This document shows, one piece after another, positions 8,125-16,962 of a stretch of 34,059 bases of DNA. Source of the stretch: an uncultured Kofleriaceae bacterium (GTDB lineage: Bacteria > Myxococcota_A > Polyangia > Haliangiales > Haliangiaceae); contig CAZDGY010000001.1 of the NCBI GenBank assembly GCA_964504685.1, positions 1 through 34,059 of the forward strand, in the 5' to 3' direction. How positions within the stretch are numbered: the stretch's first letter is position 1; the number at the start of each line of letters is the position of its first letter. The notes below the pieces were generated by a model. That model did no database searches. It saw only the letters and a program-made list of their open reading frames with translations, and had not been told where the DNA came from. The translations under genes were made by a program, and so were the position numbers.

Positions 8125-9944
8125 CACCACTCCGTGTTGCCGCGTTGATCCCACGGCAGGCTTGGGTCTACGGTCGTCGCGAACTTGCGCTCGAGATCGG
8201 CGCGTTTGCCCTCGGCGCGCTCGACTTGCTCGCGCAGCTGTTGCGTCTCGGCCTGGACCTCGCGCAACCGCTCGGAGAACGGTGCGACCGCCTCGAGCAC
8301 CAGCCCGGTGACCGCGCCGACGAGCCGTTGGTGCGCGTTCGACAGCTCGCGCAAGACTTTCGCGCGGATGGCATCGGTCGTCGAAGCTTGGTGGACGCTC
8401 GACGCGGTGATGATCCGCACCTGATCGAGCGCGTCGAACAGCGGCATGATGCCTTGATCGTCGACCGAGCGAACCCCGTAGAGCTCGCGCGCGGCGACGA
8501 CCGCGGCGGCAAAGCTGCCCGTGCGATCGGTCGAGATCACTTCGAGTGCCGACAAGATCTGGCGCGCGAGGTCGGCGCGTGGGGCGACGCGTTTGCGGGC
8601 GATCTCGAGTGCCTTGCCGATATGCTTGACGACCTCGTCGCTGAGTTGCGACGCGGTGACCCGGCGATCGGGGCGCAGGAACGGCACGGTCGGCTGGTCT
8701 AGGAACCGCGCACCAGTTGTATCCTCGGTGCTCGCGTCGATGATCGTCTCCTGGATCGCGCCGTGGATCGCGATCAGATCGGCGTCGACCTGGCGCAGCC
8801 GATCGGCGAGCAAGCCGCCGATCGCGAGCTCGGCGACAACGAGCGCGCGACCGACCGCGACGTCGAGCAGAAACCCGAGCGCCGGATCCGTCGTGCGCAC
8901 CTCGGCGATCACCGCGCGCGCGCAATCGCCGAGCACGTCGACGAGCTCGCGCAGCGGCGCCCACGCGCCATCTTTCTCGAACCACGCGCTCGCTAGGTTC
9001 TGCGCGAACGTCCACACGTTGACGCCGGTCGACTTCTCGAGATCGTGGAAGATCGCTTCACATAGCGAGCGCGCCACGAGATCGATCGCTTCGTCGGGCT
9101 TGAGCCCGCGACAGATCGGATTGTCGGCGAGCCGGCGCTCCTTCGCGACCTGCAGGAATCGCTGGCGGCGTTGCCACCAACCGATCGCGCCAGAGGTGCG
9201 AACGACTTGGGTCGAGCTCGGCGGAGCCGCCGGAGCTTCGATCACGATCGCCGACACGTTGTCACCGCCGCCACCGCGCAGCGCGAGATCGATCAAGTCG
9301 CGGACGATGTGCTCGGGCGCATCTCCGGAACCGAGCTGATACTGGATCGCGTCGGCCGACGCGTAGCCGTAAAGCCCGTCGGAGCACAGCATCAGGCGAT
9401 CGCCCGGGCGAAGCTCGACGTCGAGCAAGTCGACGCGCGCCTCTGGCTTGGCGCCGAGGTTGCGCGACAGCACGTTCTTGTACGGATGGCGCTCTGCCTC
9501 TTCGGCAGGGAGCAAGCCGCGATCGACGAGCTCTTCGACGATCGTGTGATCGCGAGTCAGCACTCGGATCCGATTGTTACGCCACAGGTACGCGCGGCTG
9601 TCGCCGACGTGCGCGACGACCGCGTGCTTCGCGTCGACGACGAGACACGCGACGACGGTCGTACCCATGCCGTGGCGCTCGCGATGACCTTGCGCCGCCG
9701 CGTAGATCGCCGCCGACGCCATGTTGATCGCTTCGTCGAGCAACTGCCGGGGCGGGACTTGGCCCCAACGCTGCGAGATGAACTCGCGGATCGCGTCGCG
9801 TGCAGTCTGCGACGCGACATCGCCCGCGCTCGCGCCGCCCATGCCGTCGAGCACGACGTACAAGCCGCGCCCGGGCTCGACGATCATCGAGTCTTCGTTC
9901 GTCGTGCGCACCTTGCCGACGTGGGTATCGCCGGCGATCCGCAT
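8124..9944 (-). CDS. PP2C-family Ser/Thr phosphatase with ~350-aa uncharacterised helical C-terminal extension
   Basis: All canonical PP2C motifs are present: GKVRTTNEDS, VLDGMGG, GMGTT, HVGDSRAY, LCSDGL, GGDNVSAIVIE. I prefer the ATG at 9944 (MRIAGDTHVG). Alternatives are a GTG at 9968 that overlaps the upstream stop (GTGA) and the track start at 10013. Confidence 0.85.
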   Translation of the reverse strand: MRIAGDTHVGKVRTTNEDSMIVEPGRGLYVVLDGMGGASAGDVASQTARDAIREFISQRWGQVPPRQLLDEAINMASAAIYAAAQGHRERHGMGTTVVACLVVDAKHAVVAHVGDSRAYLWRNNRIRVLTRDHTIVEELVDRGLLPAEEAERHPYKNVLSRNLGAKPEARVDLLDVELRPGDRLMLCSDGLYGYASADAIQYQLGSGDAPEHIVRDLIDLALRGGGGDNVSAIVIEAPAAPPSSTQVVRTSGAIGWWQRRQRFLQVAKERRLADNPICRGLKPDEAIDLVARSLCEAIFHDLEKSTGVNVWTFAQNLASAWFEKDGAWAPLRELVDVLGDCARAVIAEVRTTDPALGFLLDVAVGRALVVAELAIGGLLADRLRQVDADLIAIHGAIQETIIDASTEDTTGARFLDQPTVPFLRPDRRVTASQLSDEVVKHIGKALEIARKRVAPRADLARQILSALEVISTDRTGSFAAAVVAARELYGVRSVDDQGIMPLFDALDQVRIITASSVHQASTTDAIRAKVLRELSNAHQRLVGAVTGLVLEAVAPFSERLREVQAETQQLREQVERAEGKRADLERKFATTVDPSLPWDQRGNTEW

Positions 9945-9964
9945 CCCGAGCTCGGCAGCGGTCG

Positions 9965-10438
9965 TCACGAGCGCGGCCCGCCTTTGCGTTCGCGATTCGC
10001 GAGCTCGTGCCACTGCGCGGTACGGCGCGCGAGCTCGTCGGCGATCAAGTCGTTGACCGCGCGTGCGGTACTCGCGGTCACCCGGGTCAACAGCAGCGTG
10101 AGCTCGGCGCCTTCCGAAGTGCCCGCGCCCGCCTCCTGGGCAACTTGCGCCGCGGTGTCGCCGATCGCTACGAGCATCGCGAGCACCGCCGCCGCGCCCT
10201 GGGCTTCAGCCGCTCTCATCGCCATGAACGTGTGCAGGAACGCGCGGTGCATCCCGAGGTCGCCGGTCGCGATGTAGTTTCCGAGGTGATCGAGCACGGC
10301 GCCGATCTGCGCCTTCGCGGTGGCGTCGTCGACCCGGCCGAGCGACGGATCGAGGCTCGCTCGCATCTGAAGCAAACGCTCCAAGATCTTCGGACGGAGG
10401 CCTTCGTAGGCCCGTGCCAGCGGCGGCGCCGTCGCCAT
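9965..10438 (-). CDS. Hypothetical all-helical protein (157 aa)
   Basis: Trimmed to the ATG at 10438 (MATAPPLARAYEGLRPKILERLLQ...). Ala/Leu-rich and predicted helical. It is the first gene of the PP2C operon. No domain recognised with confidence. Confidence 0.55.
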   Translation of the reverse strand: MATAPPLARAYEGLRPKILERLLQMRASLDPSLGRVDDATAKAQIGAVLDHLGNYIATGDLGMHRAFLHTFMAMRAAEAQGAAAVLAMLVAIGDTAAQVAQEAGAGTSEGAELTLLLTRVTASTARAVNDLIADELARRTAQWHELANRERKGGPRS

Positions 10439-10445
10439 TATTGCG

Positions 10446-11255
10446 ATGCTACACCGCACGGCGTCGGGGTGGTACGCTCCGTCCGTGAAAGGTGGGCGGA
10501 TCCTCGTCGTCGATGACGAGCCGATGGTAAGAACCACGTTGGGGCAGGTGCTCGCCGACGAAGGCTATGTCGTCGACATCGCCGTCGATGGGGTCGATGC
10601 GCTCGACCGCGTTCACGCCGCCCGGCCCGACGCGATCCTCCTAGATTTGCTGATGCCCGGCATGAACGGCCGGCAGTTCTTACGAGCGCTGCGCGGCGAA
10701 TCCGCCTACGCCGAGGTCCCGGTGCTGATCATGACCGCGGTCCATGGCCTCAACGTGAATCTGTCGACGATCGGTGCGAGCGAGCTGGTCGAGAAGCCGT
10801 TCAACGTCGACGACCTGTTGAACAAGGTAGCGCTCGCGGTCTATCGCTCGCGCGACGCCGGCGATCCGACCACCGCGCCGATCGCGGTCGTCGTCGAGCC
10901 AGCACCGGAGCCGATCGATCGCGGAGTCGTGCTCGTCGTCGAGCAAGATCGCGCGCGGTTACAACAGCTCGATCTCGTGCTCTCCAAGCACGGCTACACC
11001 GTCGTGTCGATGACGCGAGCGCTCGTCCAGCTGTCTCGGCTCGCTCGCGCCTTGCGGCCGCGCGCGATCCTGCTCGACGTCGCGAGCGAAGGCGTCAGCG
11101 ACGTGTTGCGCGAGCTGCGCGCCGAGAAAGAGGTCGCGCAGGTCGGCATCCTCGTGTTCGCGCGCGATGCCGCGGCGGCAGGAACCGCTCCGCCCGATCT
11201 GCTCGAACGCGCCGCCGATTCCGACTTGCTGAGCTTCGTCGAGCGGCAGAACTAG
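10446..11255 (+). CDS. Tandem receiver-domain response regulator without output domain (second receiver degenerate)
   Basis: REC1 is canonical (ILVVDDE...AILLDLLMPGMNG...VLIMTA...EKPF). REC2 (VLVVEQD...AILLDVA...ILVFARD) lacks the conserved Thr/Ser and Lys. The start could instead be the GTG at 10485 (VKGGRILVVDD). Confidence 0.8.
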   Translation: MLHRTASGWYAPSVKGGRILVVDDEPMVRTTLGQVLADEGYVVDIAVDGVDALDRVHAARPDAILLDLLMPGMNGRQFLRALRGESAYAEVPVLIMTAVHGLNVNLSTIGASELVEKPFNVDDLLNKVALAVYRSRDAGDPTTAPIAVVVEPAPEPIDRGVVLVVEQDRARLQQLDLVLSKHGYTVVSMTRALVQLSRLARALRPRAILLDVASEGVSDVLRELRAEKEVAQVGILVFARDAAAAGTAPPDLLERAADSDLLSFVERQN

Positions 11256-12037
11256 TCGCCGAGCGTGCCGTCGCGACGCAGCTTGCGCCACGGGCCGCGG
11301 TGGACCTCGACTTCGGCCGCACCCTGCACGAACGGCCGCACGGTCGAGAACTGCTTGCCCATCGGGCTGACCCAACGACCGGCGTCATCGATCGCACCGT
11401 ACGAGTACGGCGTGCCCTCTTGCTCCTCGACCCAATGCACGTCGCGATCGCCTCCGGTGCCGAGCGCGTAGTTGAGGACGCGATGCGGGTCGTCGTCGCC
11501 TTCGTCGCGCATCACCGCGATGCGATCGTCGGTCAACCCGGCGACGAACGCGGTGAGCCGCTCGATCTGACCATCGAGCCACTCCGCGAACGTGCCGATC
11601 GGCTCGATCACGCCGCCTTCGACCACCCACACGATCGGTTCGCCATCGTCGTCGGGTCCGAACGCCCAGCCGACGATGTCGGACAGCTCGGTGCCGGCAA
11701 AGAACGCGACCTTGCACTCGGTCGGCTTGCCGTCGACCGCGACAGGCATCTCGCCATCGAGGTCCGCGACATCGACGCTGATCGTCGCGACGTGCTCGGG
11801 CGGCAAGAACGACAAGCCGTCGTTGCAGTAGTAGCGAAACCCTATGATCGGGTAGCCGATCGCCGCGACCAGCTCGCGATAGTCGGCGGGTACGAGATGC
11901 TCCCAGCGACTCCCGTGCGGGTGACGACTGCGACGCGCGACCCGTAGATCGACCGGCGCACGGCTGATCGCCCAATCGATCCCGCGAGCGCGAATCTGTT
12001 CTTCGAGGGCGAGCCAGCGTTGGGCAAGCGTCGACAT
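11252..12037 (-). CDS. SUKH (SMI1/KNR4)-like protein with C-terminal WG-repeat-like segment
   Basis: SMI1/KNR4-type pattern: W..LE..I near the N-terminus, LVPADYRELVAAIGY, then ..GWAFGPDDDGEPIVWVVEGGVIEPIGTFAEWL. The C-terminus YGAIDDAGRWVSPMGKQFSTVRPFVQGAAEV resembles a WG repeat. It begins 4 nt after the ggt stop, with a GGGAGA-type SD inside the ggt 3' end. Confidence 0.7.
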   Translation of the reverse strand: MSTLAQRWLALEEQIRARGIDWAISRAPVDLRVARRSRHPHGSRWEHLVPADYRELVAAIGYPIIGFRYYCNDGLSFLPPEHVATISVDVADLDGEMPVAVDGKPTECKVAFFAGTELSDIVGWAFGPDDDGEPIVWVVEGGVIEPIGTFAEWLDGQIERLTAFVAGLTDDRIAVMRDEGDDDPHRVLNYALGTGGDRDVHWVEEQEGTPYSYGAIDDAGRWVSPMGKQFSTVRPFVQGAAEVEVHRGPWRKLRRDGTLGD

Positions 12038-12041
12038 CGGG

Positions 12042-13826
12042 TCAGTCTCCCATAGCTGCGCCGCCGCCGCGCGGGTCTGCAGTGCCGGTCCAACCTTGCG
12101 GCGTTCGCGCGATCGCGGTGACCGCGCCGAACTCGCGCGGGGTTCCGCTCCAGGTCAGCTTGTAGCCCGCGTCGGTTAGCGCCTTCGCGTCGGCCTCGCT
12201 GACCGATTCGGCCTCGAGCCGGACCTCGTCGGGCAGATGTTGATGGTGCAGCCGTGGCGCCGCGACCGCGCGATCGACCGGCATGCCGAAATCGAGCACG
12301 TTCGAGATCGTCTGCCACACCGCCGTGATGATCCGCGGCCCACCGCCCGCGCCGGCGATCAACACGACCGCGCCCTTCGGGTCGAGCACGATCGTCGGCG
12401 CCATCGACGACAGCATGCGCTTGCCGGGCTCGATGCGATTCGCCTTGCCCTGAACCAGGCCAAACACGTTTGGCGTGCCGGGCTTGCTCGCGAAATCGTC
12501 CATCTCGTCGTTGAGCAAGAAGCCCGAGACTGTGACGCCGTTGCCGAACGCGGTGTTGATCGTCGTCGTCAGCGCGACCGCCATCCCGGAGGCATCGACG
12601 ACGCACAGGTTCGTCGTGTGATCGCCCTCGATCAACGGCGCGACCGGCAGCGACGGGGTCGCTTTGGGGCCGATCGTCGCCGCGAGCTTCGCCGCGTACT
12701 CCTTCGATAACATCTTCGCGACCGGCATGTCCTTGACGTACGCCGGATCGCCGAGCATCTCGTTGCGTGCCGCGAACGCACGGCGCCAGACTTCGACCAG
12801 CCGGTGCACGTGATCGAACGAGTGCCATGGCAGCTTGCTGACGTCGCCCATCATCTCGGCGGTCATCGCGATCACCACGCCTCCCGACGACGGCGGCGGC
12901 ATGTCGACGAACGAGCCATAGCGGACCGGGTCGCGCCACTCCGCCTGGTAGTCGGCGAGGTCCTTCGCGCTGATCAGGCCCTTGCCTGCGGTCATCTCGG
13001 CGACGATCGCCTCCGCGGTGGGACCTTGATAGAAGCCGTCGGCGCCGTGCTCCGAGATCCGCTGCAGCACTGCGGCGAGCTCCGGGTTCTTGACGACGTC
13101 GCCGGTCGCGCGCGGTTTGCCACCGGGCATCCACAACGCGGCGCTCGCCGGATTCGCGGCGAGCAACTTCGAGACCCGCACGAGCGAGCCGTGGAGCTTT
13201 TCGTCGACTGCGAAACCATCGGTCGCATATGCGATCGCCGGCGCGATCACTTCGCGCCACGGCCGCTTGCCGAGCTTCCGATGGAGCTCCCACAAGCCAG
13301 CGACCGTGCCCGGCACGCCCGACGCGCGATCGCCGACCAGCGAGCCCTTCGTCGGATTGCCGGCGGTGTCGAGGAACATCGTTTCGGACGCGCCGGCGGG
13401 AGCGGTCTCGCGAAAATCGAGCGCGCGATCGTCGCCCGGCTTGACGTGGATGACCGCGAACCCACCGCCCGCGACGTTGCCCGCACTCGGGTGGACGACC
13501 GCGAGCGCGAACGCGGTCGCGACCGCCGCGTCGACTGCGTTGCCACCGCCCGCGAGGATGTCGCGCCCTGCCCGCGTCGCCAGCTCGGATTCCGACGCGA
13601 CCATGAATTTTTTGCCGAAGCCTGTGACTTTAGGATCGAGATTCCATCCGCTGTCGTTCGTCCGGAACTTCGGCGGCGCGTCTTCGGGCTTGAACGAGCT
13701 GACGTTCGAGCCCGAGCCCGAGATCGCTCCGGATCCTGATCCCGCAGATCCCGTCGCTGGAGGCGCGGGTTGCGACTTGCCGCACGCCGCCGCGACGAGG
13801 ACTGCCAGCGCGATCGTTCGAAGCAT
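12042..13826 (-). CDS. ggt: Gamma-glutamyltranspeptidase (lipoprotein precursor)
   Basis: Trimmed to the ATG at 13826 (MLRTIALAVLVAAACG, lipobox). GGT hallmarks include the autoprocessing/catalytic Thr context EGDHTTNLCVVD, plus GFLLNDEMDDF and MLSSMAPTIV. The upstream 113 codons of the track ORF are an artefact. Confidence 0.9.
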   Translation of the reverse strand: MLRTIALAVLVAAACGKSQPAPPATGSAGSGSGAISGSGSNVSSFKPEDAPPKFRTNDSGWNLDPKVTGFGKKFMVASESELATRAGRDILAGGGNAVDAAVATAFALAVVHPSAGNVAGGGFAVIHVKPGDDRALDFRETAPAGASETMFLDTAGNPTKGSLVGDRASGVPGTVAGLWELHRKLGKRPWREVIAPAIAYATDGFAVDEKLHGSLVRVSKLLAANPASAALWMPGGKPRATGDVVKNPELAAVLQRISEHGADGFYQGPTAEAIVAEMTAGKGLISAKDLADYQAEWRDPVRYGSFVDMPPPSSGGVVIAMTAEMMGDVSKLPWHSFDHVHRLVEVWRRAFAARNEMLGDPAYVKDMPVAKMLSKEYAAKLAATIGPKATPSLPVAPLIEGDHTTNLCVVDASGMAVALTTTINTAFGNGVTVSGFLLNDEMDDFASKPGTPNVFGLVQGKANRIEPGKRMLSSMAPTIVLDPKGAVVLIAGAGGGPRIITAVWQTISNVLDFGMPVDRAVAAPRLHHQHLPDEVRLEAESVSEADAKALTDAGYKLTWSGTPREFGAVTAIARTPQGWTGTADPRGGGAAMGD

Positions 13827-13977
13827 GGCGCATCCTACGACACCGATGTCCGGATCGGCGGCCGTGACGGCGAAGTCGTGATCGCGCCGTGGCGCGCTCG
13901 TGATCCGGCAAGTCATCCCTCGCCCTCGACAAAACCAGGATCTGCGAGTTGGCACCGGCGTTGCTGAATGGCTGAGC

Positions 13978-15627
13978 ATGCGCACACGCTCGATCGCTCT
14001 CGTGTTGTTCCTCGCCGCCTGCGGCTCGTCCGAAGAAGAAGGCGGTGGCAGTGGCGGCGGCAACGTCAGCTTCGGCGGTGCCCAAGACATCGGCCAATTC
14101 CAGAGCATCCTCGATAGCGGCGGCATCCCCGGGCCCGACACGCTCGACGCGAACGGCTTCTTCAACTCGCACTACAGCGCTCCGCCGCCCGCCGATTGCG
14201 GTCAAGTGCTGTGCCTCGTGCCCGGGCTCTCGGTCGGCCACGACTGGCTGACCGGAGCGAAGCAAGCGACGCTACAGCTCGCGGTCGATACGCCGATCGA
14301 TCCCTCGACCTACACGCGGCCGGCACTCGATCTCGTCGTCGTCATCGATCACTCGGGCTCGATGGCATCGGACGGGCGACTCGACAAGGTCAAGGCCGGG
14401 CTCGACACGCTCGTCGATAACCTGATCGACGGCGATCGGCTCGCGATCGTGAAGTTCGACGATCAGGTCGACGTCGTCACGCAGTTCACCGACACGCTCG
14501 ATCGCGACGCGCTCCACGCCGATGTCGCCGCGCTCGAGCCCGGCGGCGGTACCGACATCTACGATGGCTTGGCGGCGGGCTTCGCGATCGCGCAAGCCTC
14601 GGCCGAGGGGACCGACACGGCAAGCCGGCAACACCGCGTGATCTTCATGTCCGATGGCAATGCGACCTCGGGCGACACCAGCACCGATGACATCTTGCAG
14701 ATGTCCGATTACGACATCGAGCTCGGTATCCAACTCACGACGGTCGGTGTCGGCACCGACTTCGACGTCGATCTGATGAAGCGGCTCGCCGAGCACGGCG
14801 CCGGCAACTTCTACTATCTCGAGAGCACCGACGACGCGACCAACGTGTTCACCGACGAGCTCGCGTACTTCGTCGTGCCGCTCGCCGAAAACATCGAGAT
14901 CCAGACGACCGCGGGCGCCGGTTTCGAGCTCGGCACGGTCACCGGCACGCAGGCGTGGACCGGTGGCGCTCAGCTCGGCACGATCTCGATCCCGGCGGCA
15001 TTCCTCGCGCGCCGCACGACGGAGTCCGACCCGAACGGCGATCGGCGCGGCGGCGGCAGCATGATCTTCGTCGATGTCACGCCGACCGGCAACAACGCGA
15101 GCGGCGTCGTCGCCGACCTGTCGATGCAGTTCAACGCGCAGGGCGACCTGAACGACAAGATCAGCGAGACCGGCGAGCTCGCCTACCCGACGACGACCGA
15201 CGACCCGTACTTGTCGTCGGCCGACATGGCGCCGCGCTTCGCGATGTACAACATCTTTCTCGGCCTGCAGGCCGCGACCAATATGAACAGCCCGGATTGC
15301 GCGACTGCCGCGTTGCTCGCGACCCAGACCAACGCGCAGAGCTGGAACAGCACGCACGAGGATCCAGACGTCGCCGCCGACCTCGAGTTGATCTCGGAGT
15401 ACCTCGGCAACCTCAAGACGGCCGGCGCGACCGCGACCACGTCGGAGAACCTGGCCGACTGTATCGCGAACAACCCGCAGTCGACCGGCAGCGGCAGCGG
15501 CAGCGACGGCGGCACGTACTACGGCGGCGGTTACGAGGGCGCGTGTTCGGCCGGCCGCAACGGCGCGGGCACCGGCCTCCTCATCGTGATCGCTGGCTTG
15601 CTCGCGTCGCGCCGACGTCGTCGGTGA
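13978..15627 (+). CDS. von Willebrand factor A (VWA) domain lipoprotein, YfbK-like, with MYXO-CTERM-type C-terminal sorting tail
   Basis: Trimmed to the ATG at 13978 (MRTRSIALVLFLAACG). MIDAS motif DHSGSM inside LDLVVVIDHSGSM. The tail GACSAGRNGAGTGLLIVIAGLLASRRRRR has the Cys, hydrophobic helix and Arg cluster expected of the MYXO-CTERM pattern. Confidence 0.85.
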   Translation: MRTRSIALVLFLAACGSSEEEGGGSGGGNVSFGGAQDIGQFQSILDSGGIPGPDTLDANGFFNSHYSAPPPADCGQVLCLVPGLSVGHDWLTGAKQATLQLAVDTPIDPSTYTRPALDLVVVIDHSGSMASDGRLDKVKAGLDTLVDNLIDGDRLAIVKFDDQVDVVTQFTDTLDRDALHADVAALEPGGGTDIYDGLAAGFAIAQASAEGTDTASRQHRVIFMSDGNATSGDTSTDDILQMSDYDIELGIQLTTVGVGTDFDVDLMKRLAEHGAGNFYYLESTDDATNVFTDELAYFVVPLAENIEIQTTAGAGFELGTVTGTQAWTGGAQLGTISIPAAFLARRTTESDPNGDRRGGGSMIFVDVTPTGNNASGVVADLSMQFNAQGDLNDKISETGELAYPTTTDDPYLSSADMAPRFAMYNIFLGLQAATNMNSPDCATAALLATQTNAQSWNSTHEDPDVAADLELISEYLGNLKTAGATATTSENLADCIANNPQSTGSGSGSDGGTYYGGGYEGACSAGRNGAGTGLLIVIAGLLASRRRRR

Positions 15628-15642
15628 TGCTATATCAACGGG

Positions 15643-16962
15643 ATGTTCGACCCCGCTGTGTTCGCGGCGCGCCGCGAGGCGTTCATGCAGGCAATCGGCC
15701 CGGGCGCGGTCGCGGTGGTGCGCTCGCTGCCCGAGCGGTTGCGTAACGGCGACGCGTACTATCCGTTTCGCCAGCAGTCCGACGTGTTCTACCTGACCGG
15801 CTTCGTCGAGCCCGAGACCACGCTCGTGCTGCGACCTGGCGCCGAAACCGAACGGTTCGTGATGTTCGTGCGACCGCGCGATCCGGAGATGGAAACCTGG
15901 GATGGCAGACGCGCCGGGTTAGAGGGCGCGAAGGCCGAGTTCGGTGCCGACGAAGCGTACCCGGCGGTGGACCTCGCGAGCCGGCTCAGCGACTTGGTCG
16001 CGAACTGCGACGAGCTGCACTACGGCTTGGGCATCGACGAGGACGCCGACCGATTGATCGCCCAGACGATCGCGAAGCTGCGCAAGACCGAGAAGCGCGG
16101 CAAGCGTCCACCGTGCGCCGTGATCGATCCTCGCGCGGCGTTGCACGAGCTGCGGCTGCGCAAAGGTCCCGAAGAGCTACGCGCGCTGCGCAAGGCCGCC
16201 GAGATCACCGCCGCTGCTCACCTCGCCGCGATGCGCTCGGGCAAACCCGGCTTGTTCGAGCACGAGCTCGAGGCCCTGATCAACTACACGTTCCGCAAGT
16301 CGGGCGGCGCCGGGCCCGGTTACACGTCGATCGTCGGTGCGGGAGAGAACGCGACGATCTTGCACTACGTCGAGAATCGCTGCGCGATCGCGAGCGGCGA
16401 CCTCGTGCTCGTCGATGCGGGTTGCGAGTACGACCACTACACCGCCGATGTCACACGCACGTGGCCCGCGACTGGCACGTTCTCGCCGGCGCAGCGCAAG
16501 GTCTACGAGCTTGTCCTCGCGGTCCAGATCTCCGCGATCGAGATGGTCAAGCCCGGGGTGACGATCGACGACATCCACGCGCACTGCGTCCGCGAGCTCA
16601 CCGCCGGCATGATCGCGCTTGGCCTACTCACCGGAAGCGTCGACGATCGCGTCGCTGATCAATCGTATCGCCGCTACTACATGCACGGCACATCGCACTG
16701 GCTCGGGCTCGATGTCCACGACGCCGGTGCGTACACGAAGTCCGGCAAGGCGCGCCCGCTAGAGCCGGGAATGGTCATCACGGTCGAGCCGGGGCTCTAC
16801 GTCGCGAGCGATGCGCCCGAAACTCACGGTGCTCCCGTCGAGCTGCGCGGCATCGGCGTGCGGATCGAAGATGATGTCGTCGTGACGGACACCGGCTACG
16901 ACGTGCTGACCCGCGCGTGCCCGAAGTCGGTCGCGGAGATCGAGGCAGCATGTCGAAGCTAA
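15643..16962 (+). CDS. pepP: Xaa-Pro aminopeptidase (aminopeptidase P)
   Basis: N-terminal AMP_N-type region (YPFRQQSDVFYLTGF). M24 metal-ligand contexts: LVLVDAGCEYDHYTADVTRT, HGTSHWLGLDVHD, VITVEPGLY, GVRIEDDVVVT. Confidence 0.9.
   Translation: MFDPAVFAARREAFMQAIGPGAVAVVRSLPERLRNGDAYYPFRQQSDVFYLTGFVEPETTLVLRPGAETERFVMFVRPRDPEMETWDGRRAGLEGAKAEFGADEAYPAVDLASRLSDLVANCDELHYGLGIDEDADRLIAQTIAKLRKTEKRGKRPPCAVIDPRAALHELRLRKGPEELRALRKAAEITAAAHLAAMRSGKPGLFEHELEALINYTFRKSGGAGPGYTSIVGAGENATILHYVENRCAIASGDLVLVDAGCEYDHYTADVTRTWPATGTFSPAQRKVYELVLAVQISAIEMVKPGVTIDDIHAHCVRELTAGMIALGLLTGSVDDRVADQSYRRYYMHGTSHWLGLDVHDAGAYTKSGKARPLEPGMVITVEPGLYVASDAPETHGAPVELRGIGVRIEDDVVVTDTGYDVLTRACPKSVAEIEAACRS

Noticed and set aside
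13827-13977. Possible Pho box in the ggt/VWA divergent region (GTGAC...GTGAT)
   Set aside because: The two GTCAC-like pentamers are 14 nt apart rather than 11 nt, and their flanks do not match the CGTCAC(A/C) half-site. This is probably a chance occurrence of a frequent GC-rich pentamer.
13827-14165. N-terminal extensions of several track ORFs: ggt to 14165, 5722..6870, 7627..9015, 24600..25712, 25872..27638, 30514..31602, 31397..31876, 31566..33314, 13900..15627 and 21985..22968
   Set aside because: In each case an internal ATG or GTG is immediately followed by a signal peptide/lipobox or the canonical family N-terminus. The upstream extension is Arg-rich or overlaps a neighbouring real gene, so the starts were trimmed.
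14272-15357. 361-aa minus-strand ORF inside the MYXO-CTERM VWA gene, and the similar 20085..21278 (-) ORF inside phoR
   Set aside because: Both are antisense artefacts with Arg/Asp/Val-rich translations and no motifs. The sense genes are well supported.
8124-15627. TerY-P-like triad or VWA-centred conflict system (VWA + PP2C + Ser/Thr kinase)
   Set aside because: A PP2C and VWA proteins are both present, but they lie ~4 kb apart in different transcription units, separated by housekeeping ggt. No protein kinase, MoxR ATPase or TerD-family gene is in the window.
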